Source: an uncultured Bacteroidota bacterium
GTDB taxonomy: Bacteria > Bacteroidota > Bacteroidia > Flavobacteriales > UBA7312
DNA length: 64,000 bases
Direction of reading: 5' to 3'
NCBI GenBank assembly: GCA_902580855.1
Contig: CACHMF010000001.1
Location: 6,319 to 70,318 of the forward strand
Positions 57,044 to 64,000 of this stretch are shown here, one piece after another (the first letter of the stretch is position 1; each line of letters opens with the position of its first letter). Made by a program: the position numbers and the translations under genes. The notes below the pieces were generated by a model. The model did no database searches. It saw only the letters and a list, made by a program, of their open reading frames with translations, and was not told the DNA's origin.

Positions 57044-57793
57044 ATGCAAAAGCTCACTGCTATCATACCAACAGGAAATGAGGAACACAATATTGTGGAG
57101 GCTATACAATCCCTCTCATTTGCTGATGAAATACTAGTAGTGGATTCATTCTCTAGCGATAAAACAATAGAACTAGCTAAACCACTAGCCACCAAAATCA
57201 TACAGCGAGAGTATCAAAACTCCGCTTCTCAAAAAAACTGGGCAATACCACAAGCGAAGTACGAGTGGATATTATTACTCGATGCAGATGAGCGAATCAC
57301 TAATGAATTAGCAGATGAGATAAAAGATATCTTATCAAGCCAACCAATAGAAAGTGGCTTCTGGATTTATCGTCAAAATCACTTCATGGGTAAAAAGGTA
57401 CGCTTCAGTGGCTGGCAAGATGACAAGGTTATTCGCCTTTTCAAAAGAGATGAATGCCGATACGAAGACAAACATGTGCATGCCGAAATTACCACACAAG
57501 GAAAAATCGGTTTCTTAAAAAACAAAATGCAACATAACACCTTTATCAATATGCAAGACTACCTTTTTAAAATAAAAAGGTATGCCGATTGGCAAAGCAA
57601 GGATTACCAACATAAAACTGGAGTTCTTACCCCATATCACTTCGTTATTAAACCTATTGCTCGCTTTATCAAACACTACTTTTTACAGCTCGGTATACTA
57701 GATGGTTTTACCGGGATTACAATTGCCAGTATACAAGCCTATGCTGTATTTTTACGCTATTGTAAATTGTGGAAATTAAGAAGACAAGCATGA
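57044..57793 (+). CDS. Glycosyltransferase family 2
   Basis: 249 aa. AIIPTGNEEHNI, VVDSFSSDKT, and LLLDADE (DxD). Confidence 0.8.
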   Translation: MQKLTAIIPTGNEEHNIVEAIQSLSFADEILVVDSFSSDKTIELAKPLATKIIQREYQNSASQKNWAIPQAKYEWILLLDADERITNELADEIKDILSSQPIESGFWIYRQNHFMGKKVRFSGWQDDKVIRLFKRDECRYEDKHVHAEITTQGKIGFLKNKMQHNTFINMQDYLFKIKRYADWQSKDYQHKTGVLTPYHFVIKPIARFIKHYFLQLGILDGFTGITIASIQAYAVFLRYCKLWKLRRQA

Positions 57794-58350
57794 GAGAGGA
57801 AATAAAACAAGCACTAAGTGTATTAAGAGAAGGAGGACTTATCCTTTACCCTACCGATACCGTTTGGGGAATTGGTTGTGATGCTAGCAATCCAGAGGCA
57901 GTCAAAAAAGTGTATGACTTAAAAAATAGAGCTGACTCCAAAGCACTTATCACCTTAGTTGCTTCAGAAATCATGCTCGAAAGAACGGTTATAGATATGC
58001 CCGATATAGCTTGGGATTTAATCGATGCTGCTGAAAAACCACTCACCATTATTTATCAAGAAGTAAAAGGTATAGCGCACAATGCTATTGCTGAAGACGG
58101 TTCTTGTGCCATCCGCTTGCCAAAAGATAATTTTTGCCAACAACTTGTACAAAGACTCGGAAAACCACTTATTTCCACCTCAGCCAACACCAGTGGATCT
58201 CCAACTCCTCAGTCCTTTCAGGATATTGAACCATCTATTTTGAGTGGCGTAGATTATGTAGTAAATTTGCGTAAGCAAGAAGAATGTAAGTACGCACCAT
58301 CTTCTATCATATTACTCAAAAATAATGGCGAAATAAAAATCATCCGATAA
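57790..58350 (+). CDS. tsaC: L-threonylcarbamoyladenylate synthase TsaC (YrdC type)
   Basis: The ATG at 57790 (ATGA overlap with the GT2 stop) gives MREEIKQALSVLREGGLILYPTDTVWGIGCDA, with STSANTSG present. Confidence 0.8.
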   Translation: MREEIKQALSVLREGGLILYPTDTVWGIGCDASNPEAVKKVYDLKNRADSKALITLVASEIMLERTVIDMPDIAWDLIDAAEKPLTIIYQEVKGIAHNAIAEDGSCAIRLPKDNFCQQLVQRLGKPLISTSANTSGSPTPQSFQDIEPSILSGVDYVVNLRKQEECKYAPSSIILLKNNGEIKIIR

Positions 58351-59778
58351 GTGAACCTGGTAAAAGAGCTCAAACACCCTATCTTTAAAACCATCACCAA
58401 GGCAGCCGACCAACTTGGAGTCGAAACCTATGTGATTGGCGGATTCGTACGCGACCTCATCCTAGAACGCCAAGCATCTAAAGATATTGATTTTGTCTGT
58501 TTAGGAAGTGGTATCAAACTAGCAGAAAAAGTATCCGAACTACTACCAGAACAACCCAAAGTACAAGTCTTTAAAAACTTTGGAACAGCCATGATCAAAT
58601 TACAAGATTTAGAGCTTCAGTTTGTAGGCGCTCGAAAAGAATCCTATCGATCAGAAAGTCGAAAACCAATTGTAGAAAACGGCACCCTGCAAGATGACCA
58701 AAACCGAAGAGACTTTACCATCAATGCCATGGCTATACAGCTCAACAAAGAGCAATATGGAACACTACTAGACCCCTTTAATGGAATGGAAGATTTACAA
58801 AACAGAATCATCCGGACACCGCTAGAGCCCAAAATTACCTACTCCGATGACCCATTGCGCATGATGCGTGCTGTACGCTTTGCTACACAGCTAGAGTTTT
58901 TCATTGAAGACGGATCTCTAGAAGCCATCAAAGATAATGCAGAGAGACTCAACATTATTTCCCAAGAGCGCATTACTGATGAGCTCAATAAAATTATTTT
59001 AGCCAATAAACCTTCTAAAGGTTTTAAGCTACTATTCAATACCAAACTTTTACACCAGTTTTTTCCTAAAATGGTAGAATTACATGGCATAGAAGTCATC
59101 AACAACAAAGGGCATAAAGATAACTTTTACCACACCTTAGAAGTTCTTGACAATATTTGCAAAAACACAGAAGATTTATGGTTGCGCTGGTCCGCTATCC
59201 TGCATGATATTGCCAAGCCAGACACTAAACGCTTCGAAAAAAAACAAGGATGGACTTTTCACGGACACGAATTCCTTGGGTCTAAAATGGTCCCTAGAAT
59301 ATTTCGAAAACTCAAGCTACCTCTTAACGAAAAAATGAAGTATGTACAAAAACTCGTTAAATTGCACCTCCGTCCCATCGTGCTTGCACAAGAAATCGTT
59401 ACTGATTCTGCCCTTAGAAGACTCCTGTTCGATGCAGGAGAAGACATAGACGACCTCATGATACTGTGCGATGCAGACATTACATCCAAAAACCCCGAAA
59501 AGGTAAAACAGTACCTCAAAAATTTTCAGCTTGTAAGGCAAAAACTAAAAGATGTAGAAGAGCGCGATCAAATACGAAATATGCAACCTCCTATTTCAGG
59601 AAAAGACATCATGCATATCTTTCAACTTAAACCTTGTAAAATTATTGGCGATTTGAAAACCGCCATTAAAGACGCTATATTAGATGGAAAAATTAAAAAC
59701 GACCGAAAACAAGCATATCAATTCCTACTAAAAATTGCAGCTAAAAAACAGCTTACACCTATAAATCAACTACCATGA
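58351..59778 (+). CDS. tRNA nucleotidyltransferase (CCA-adding) / poly(A) polymerase family protein with HD domain
   Basis: 475 aa. GTG start directly after the tsaC stop. GGFVRDLIL...DIDF nucleotidyltransferase motif, RRDFTINA, and the HD region HDIAKP. Confidence 0.8.
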   Translation: MNLVKELKHPIFKTITKAADQLGVETYVIGGFVRDLILERQASKDIDFVCLGSGIKLAEKVSELLPEQPKVQVFKNFGTAMIKLQDLELQFVGARKESYRSESRKPIVENGTLQDDQNRRDFTINAMAIQLNKEQYGTLLDPFNGMEDLQNRIIRTPLEPKITYSDDPLRMMRAVRFATQLEFFIEDGSLEAIKDNAERLNIISQERITDELNKIILANKPSKGFKLLFNTKLLHQFFPKMVELHGIEVINNKGHKDNFYHTLEVLDNICKNTEDLWLRWSAILHDIAKPDTKRFEKKQGWTFHGHEFLGSKMVPRIFRKLKLPLNEKMKYVQKLVKLHLRPIVLAQEIVTDSALRRLLFDAGEDIDDLMILCDADITSKNPEKVKQYLKNFQLVRQKLKDVEERDQIRNMQPPISGKDIMHIFQLKPCKIIGDLKTAIKDAILDGKIKNDRKQAYQFLLKIAAKKQLTPINQLP

Positions 59779-60275
59779 TAGCAAATTTGCGAATCATCCT
59801 CGATCATAACAACGATATTTTTCGAGACATCCATATCAACACTGAAGATACCCTCGAACAATTACACCATGCCATTGTTAGCGCATTCACGCTCAAACCA
59901 GAGGAAATGGCTGCATTCTATCTAAGTAACGAAGAGTGGGAACAAGGAGAAGAAATACCATTACTCAGTATGCAAGAAGGTAGTCACGAGATGAAAGATA
60001 TTTCTATCTCAGCAATTTTCAATAATAAAGACAGCCGATTGCTCTACATACAAGACTTTCTTACCATGTGGCGCTTCATGATAGAGGTAGAAGAACTCTT
60101 AGAAATAAGTACTCAAAAAGAACTACCTGCAACAGTGCTCTCCTTTGGAGAAATGCCCGGCGAAGCACCAAATTTACAGTTCGTTTCAGAAGAGCAAAAA
60201 GAACACGACCCCTACAGTGATGTATTAGACGATTTCAACGACTTGGAACAATTTGATGAGTTCAATGAGTACTAA
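59775..60275 (+). CDS. Hypothetical acidic protein, possibly pRiA4b ORF-3-like fold
   Basis: 166 aa. ATGA overlap with the cca-like stop. The pattern LRIIL..., [32 protein letters not shown] resembles the PRiA4_ORF3 family as I recall it. The C-terminal tail is D/E/F-rich. Confidence 0.4.
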   Translation: MIANLRIILDHNNDIFRDIHINTEDTLEQLHHAIVSAFTLKPEEMAAFYLSNEEWEQGEEIPLLSMQEGSHEMKDISISAIFNNKDSRLLYIQDFLTMWRFMIEVEELLEISTQKELPATVLSFGEMPGEAPNLQFVSEEQKEHDPYSDVLDDFNDLEQFDEFNEY

Positions 60276-61200
60276 TACACTCTGGGTAGTATTAGGCCCA
60301 ACCGCCATAGGTAAAACAGCTCTTGGCATACAACTAGCCCAAAAGCTAAACACCGAAATTATCTCTTGCGATTCTCGACAATTCTATAAAGAAATGCGCA
60401 TTGGAACTGCTGTTCCAAGCACAGAAGAATTAGAAAGCGTTCCACACCACTTCATGCAGCATATAAGTATACATCAGGAATATAGTGTGGGATGCTTCGA
60501 AAAAGAATCACTGAAAAAGCTAGAAGAATTATTACAAACTAAACAACACGCAGTACTAGTAGGTGGCAGTGGATTATACATAGATGCAGTCTGTAAAGGG
60601 CTCGATAAATTCCCAGATATTAAACCAGAACTAAGAGAGAAAATAAGAACAAACTATAATAACAAAGGCCTCGCTTGGCTACAACAAGAAGTACAAAAAA
60701 ACGACCCCGAATACTACCAAATAGTCGACACACAAAATGCATATCGACTACTTCGCTGCCTTGAGGTATGCCTTCAAAGTCGAAAAACATTTACCTCATT
60801 TAGAAAACAAAAGACCAACACGCGTCCCTTTAACATAAAATACATAGGCCTACAAATGCCAAGAGAAGAACTATACCTACGCATCAACCAAAGGGTAGAC
60901 AGCATGATGAAAGAAGGACTATTGGAAGAAGCGAAAGCATTGCTCCCACATCAACACCTCAACGCACTACAAACCGTAGGGTACAGAGAACTATTTGCTC
61001 ACCTTAATGGGGAACACACCTTGGAAAAAGCCGTAGAACTTATCAAACAAAACACACGCAGATTCGCCAAACGACAACTTACTTGGTTAAAAAAATACGA
61101 AAACGCAAAATGGTTTGATAGTGGTAAGGAAGCAATAAAAAAATTCAATAAAATTAATAAATCGTCAAGCTACCACGCAGCGGCTCCACACCATCCCTAA
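60265..61200 (+). CDS. miaA: tRNA dimethylallyltransferase
   Basis: The ATG at 60265 (or 60256) gives [18 protein letters not shown] (P-loop), with CDSRQFYKEM and RFAKRQLTWL present. The start overlaps the upstream stop, and the last 47 nt overlap the convergent gene. Confidence 0.9.
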   Translation: MSTNTLWVVLGPTAIGKTALGIQLAQKLNTEIISCDSRQFYKEMRIGTAVPSTEELESVPHHFMQHISIHQEYSVGCFEKESLKKLEELLQTKQHAVLVGGSGLYIDAVCKGLDKFPDIKPELREKIRTNYNNKGLAWLQQEVQKNDPEYYQIVDTQNAYRLLRCLEVCLQSRKTFTSFRKQKTNTRPFNIKYIGLQMPREELYLRINQRVDSMMKEGLLEEAKALLPHQHLNALQTVGYRELFAHLNGEHTLEKAVELIKQNTRRFAKRQLTWLKKYENAKWFDSGKEAIKKFNKINKSSSYHAAAPHHP

Positions 61201-62785
61201 GCTGTATTGCATAAAAGTAAACACCCGCCTGCAGCAACCTTCCTTTAGCATCCTTACCAGCAAAAGGCTCAGCATACCCCTCCGATCTAAACACACGCTT
61301 ACCCCACCTATTAAACACACTCACCCTACTATCAGCATACAAAAAAGCCGGCTCTATACCCCACTCATCATTCACACCATCTAACACCGTACTCGATATC
61401 ACATTATAAACACATTCCGCCTTCAACTCAGCAAAGGAAATACTATCCCTTAATACGCACCCTTGGTAATCAGTTACCATTACACGCTGCACACCAGGTG
61501 CTATATCCAACAACTCAGCGCCACCACCATTCCAACTAACAGTGTAAGGAGCAGTACCACCACTAGCGATAACACGCGCCTCACCATCAAAATCTTGCTG
61601 TGTACAATCTACATCATCCCAAAGCAAACCACTCTCCAAAGGCATTATTTCCCAACCATAAACAGCATTGCACCCTTGCGCATCAGTCACCACTACCTCA
61701 TGATATCCATGGCATAATCCATCAATATCCATGCCAAATTCACCTAGCAAAACACCGTCAGTGTACCAAGCGTATGAATAAGGAGGTGTACCTCCTCCTA
61801 AATTAAAAATCATTGCTTCTTGTTCATCCAAAATTGCTTGTAAGCTATCAATAACAAAACTCTGAGTCACACTACAAGCTCCAGCATCTAACACCTCAAC
61901 AACATATTCACCAGCACAAAGACCTTCTACTATAGCAGTGGTATCTCCTGTACTCCAGATATAATTATATGGAGGTGTGCCTCCACTAACATTTGTAACA
62001 CCTGCAGCAGATATATCAAGCACTACCTCTATATCCGCTATGCTAAAGTTCAAAACTACAGGAGGACAAAAACTTGCATCATCTACCAATACCTCATAAT
62101 CACCCGGACACATAACTTCTTGCAGAGTACTTCCTGTTTCGCCATTTGGCCATACTACTCCTATTGGAGATACACCTCCAGTAAAACTTACTGTCATTGA
62201 ATTAGTGTCTATCGAAGCTATTAAATCACTCACAGTAGGCAACAACAAAGAATCTAGATCAAATGAACAGCCGTTTGCATCGCTGAGTTGTAAGGAATAC
62301 CAACCACCGGCTAAATTTTCAAATGGTGGCGAAATAACTCCTGACAAAGTCATTGTATAAGGATAAACACCCCCTTGTGGATAGGCAAAAATAGCTCCAT
62401 TCTGTAAACAATAACTTTCCTTTTGTATATTAATAATAGCATACAAACTATCGGGCTGAGTAATTGTAATATAATCTGTACAACTACCTCCTAGAGAATC
62501 AATTACCGTTATCGAATACGTTCCTGCACCTGTAGGAGTAAAATTATGAAAGATAGCCGTCACAGTATCCTGTTGTAACAACTGATTACTTGTGCTATCT
62601 TGTAAAACACAAATGTATGGACCTACACCGCCTATGTTATTTACATGTATTTGAGTTAATAAACCATTACAGATTAAGTCATTACTACCCAATTGTACAT
62701 TACCCTGTGCCTGCAAGTTAAATGTACACTGAGCACACAGTCCCAAAGGAAATATTAAAGAAAAAAAAAGTAGTCTTAAGATCAT
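61154..62785 (-). CDS. SprB-repeat protein with type B T9SS (gliding-motility-associated) C-terminal domain
   Basis: 543 aa. Signal peptide, about 5-6 repeats carrying GG(T/V)xPY motifs (GGVGPYICV, GGVYPYTMT, GGTPPYNYIW, GGTPPYSYAW, GGTAPYTVSW), and C-terminus VFNRWGKRVF...GVYFYAIQL...GSLTIY. Confidence 0.75.
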   Translation of the reverse strand: MILRLLFFSLIFPLGLCAQCTFNLQAQGNVQLGSNDLICNGLLTQIHVNNIGGVGPYICVLQDSTSNQLLQQDTVTAIFHNFTPTGAGTYSITVIDSLGGSCTDYITITQPDSLYAIINIQKESYCLQNGAIFAYPQGGVYPYTMTLSGVISPPFENLAGGWYSLQLSDANGCSFDLDSLLLPTVSDLIASIDTNSMTVSFTGGVSPIGVVWPNGETGSTLQEVMCPGDYEVLVDDASFCPPVVLNFSIADIEVVLDISAAGVTNVSGGTPPYNYIWSTGDTTAIVEGLCAGEYVVEVLDAGACSVTQSFVIDSLQAILDEQEAMIFNLGGGTPPYSYAWYTDGVLLGEFGMDIDGLCHGYHEVVVTDAQGCNAVYGWEIMPLESGLLWDDVDCTQQDFDGEARVIASGGTAPYTVSWNGGGAELLDIAPGVQRVMVTDYQGCVLRDSISFAELKAECVYNVISSTVLDGVNDEWGIEPAFLYADSRVSVFNRWGKRVFRSEGYAEPFAGKDAKGRLLQAGVYFYAIQLRDGVEPLRGSLTIY

Positions 62786-62803
62786 ATTTCCAAAAATAAG
62801 AAA

Positions 62804-63619
62804 TTATTCGGCTAGATGATATAGGCTCAAAGCTGCAATTGGATGCTCTAACACCCGTCCTAAAAAATGCCCTTTAGAACGAAGAGCTTCTTGGAGTTCC
62901 GTACGGAAATAATAACCAATAGAACCTACTACTGACAATGTTTGACCTTCACCATACACATTAACATAACGATCTACATACAAACCAAAACTTTCCTGCA
63001 ATAGAGCGGACACTTCAGGAATCATTCTGTTTCGAAATAAAAAAGGACCAAAGGAAGCCAAAAAACTATTCGGTGCAGAACCCTCATAAACTTTTTCTAA
63101 TATAAGCTCCTTATCTAATTTCAGCTTTCTTAACAAATTAGTGGGCAGCTCATTGCGTAAACCAGCCGACAAGAGCAATCTACCTAGATGAGCTCCACTA
63201 CCTTCATCTCCTAATAAATAGCCTAAACTAGGTACTTTCTGCTGTAAAATAGTACCATCATAATAAGCTGTATTAGCACCTGTACCTAAAATACCTATCA
63301 AACCAGAAGTGTTTCCATAGCAAGCTTGGGCAGCACCTAACAAATCGCTATGAACATATACTTTTGCTGACTGAAAACAAATCTGCAACTCATTTTGCAA
63401 AAAAGTCTGCCCTGAAGAACCCTCTGCACAACCTGAACCATAAAAATATACTTTATTCACATTAGGATATCTTTCAGCTAATGGGTTTATCACTGATTTC
63501 ACTAATCCTTCATCACTAAAACTAGGATGCAAACCTATCGTTTCATGTTGTTCAATATGATCACCATTCAACAAACGCCAATGCGTCTTTGTCGACCCAC
63601 TATCAGCTATTAGTATCAT
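62804..63619 (-). CDS. BadF/BadG/BcrA/BcrD-type ATPase, N-acetylglucosamine-kinase-like
   Basis: 271 aa. The N-terminal ILIADSGSTKT phosphate-1 motif and GILGTGAN are typical of the family. Confidence 0.65.
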   Translation of the reverse strand: MILIADSGSTKTHWRLLNGDHIEQHETIGLHPSFSDEGLVKSVINPLAERYPNVNKVYFYGSGCAEGSSGQTFLQNELQICFQSAKVYVHSDLLGAAQACYGNTSGLIGILGTGANTAYYDGTILQQKVPSLGYLLGDEGSGAHLGRLLLSAGLRNELPTNLLRKLKLDKELILEKVYEGSAPNSFLASFGPFLFRNRMIPEVSALLQESFGLYVDRYVNVYGEGQTLSVVGSIGYYFRTELQEALRSKGHFLGRVLEHPIAALSLYHLAE

Positions 63620-64000
63620 AAGTTCTCAGAATTTCAAATATTTTACCTTCCTCTGCTAATTCAGCATTTGGAAACACCTCTTGTACTTCATTCAGTAAAC
63701 AACTTAAATCATTATAGCGTTGGGAGTAGTGACCCACTACTAAACGCCTAACTTCTGCAAGCTTTGCTATTTCTGCAGCTTGTCCTGTGGTAGAATGAAA
63801 TGTATAAGCTGCTCTATCTTGTAAATCATTCTTAAAAGTTGCCTCATGATACAACAGGTCTACCCCTTGTATTATTGGTACTATATCTTCGCTATAAGCT
63901 GTATCAGAACAAAAAGCATAAGAACGAGCACGATGGGCGGATTTTGTTAATTCCCAATGTGATATTATTGTACCATCTGACTTAGTAAAGTCACCACCAG
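63603..64000 (-). CDS. rnz: Ribonuclease Z / MBL-fold hydrolase, 5'-truncated by the window end
   Basis: The frame stays open from 63603 to the window edge. My translation upstream of the ORF-track TTG reads ...SYAFCSDTAYSEDIVPIIQGVDLLYHEATF, followed by HSTTGQAAEIA...VVGHYSQRY, typical of the RNase Z C-terminal half. Confidence 0.75.
   Translation of the reverse strand, partial: GGDFTKSDGTIISHWELTKSAHRARSYAFCSDTAYSEDIVPIIQGVDLLYHEATFKNDLQDRAAYTFHSTTGQAAEIAKLAEVRRLVVGHYSQRYNDLSCLLNEVQEVFPNAELAEEGKIFEILRTYDTNS

Noticed and set aside
61781-61796. Perfect palindromes containing SD and anti-SD-like sequence: AGGAGGTGTACCTCCT here and GGAGGTGTGCCTCC at 61971-61984.
   Set aside because: They lie inside the SprB-repeat CDS. 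They arise automatically from encoding the repeat motif Gly-Gly-Thr-Pro-Pro (GGA GGT ACA CCT CC on the coding strand). No separate regulatory role needs to be invoked.
1-64000. CRISPR arrays, IS elements, integrases, phage or conjugation modules, and toxin-antitoxin or known defence gene pairs.
   Set aside because: No spaced direct-repeat array was seen, and no transposase-, integrase- or recombinase-like ORF. There are no terminal inverted repeats or tRNA-flanked islands; the tRNA-His is followed by ordinary genes. No non-coding gap exceeds about 250 bp.

Overview
This is an AT-rich, densely packed chromosomal segment that reads like a Bacteroidota (Flavobacteriia-like) core-genome region. 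The taxonomic hints are several T9SS C-terminal sorting domains, the DUF4199, DUF5683 and DUF1573 families, exact TAnnTTTG -7 promoter boxes, almost no Shine-Dalgarno sequences, and the classic syntenies nusB-DUF1573-yajC-ybbR-coaE, parA-parB-DUF5683-dapB-lepB-wbqC and thrS-infC-rpmI-rplT. I can support about 60 protein genes, one tRNA-His, the small SRP (4.5S) RNA, about 14 intrinsic terminators and a few promoter-like boxes. The genes cover housekeeping functions (recA, uvrA, nth, ruvX, thrS, IF-3, L35, L20, csp, lepB, dapB, dapD, coaE, miaA, tsaC, cca, rnz), envelope and polysaccharide functions (Wza/Wzc, three GT4, two GT2, kdsC), redox functions (bshB1, gpx, ccsBA, bcp), and four secreted T9SS cargo proteins. 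I see no rRNA, CRISPR array, transposase, integrase, phage module or recognisable defence or toxin-antitoxin genes. I do not see a convincing new multi-gene system. The best leads are smaller. (1) An ECF sigma gene carries the window's only well-placed strong SD and is followed by a small unknown partner ORF. (2) An uncharacterised acidic 166-aa protein is translationally coupled between cca and miaA in a tRNA-maturation operon. (3) A DUF4199 / GtrB-like GT2 / GT4 operon resembles a polyprenol-phosphate-sugar pathway with an unassigned membrane partner. (4) infC needs a non-AUG/GUG/UUG start. (5) There is a local strand-composition anomaly and a 47-bp convergent overlap at miaA and a SprB-repeat gene. 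(6) The tRNA-His has two U:U mismatches in its acceptor stem. (7) An in-frame hexanucleotide microsatellite encodes the Wzc tyrosine cluster. All functional calls come from motif recognition by eye. No searches were run.
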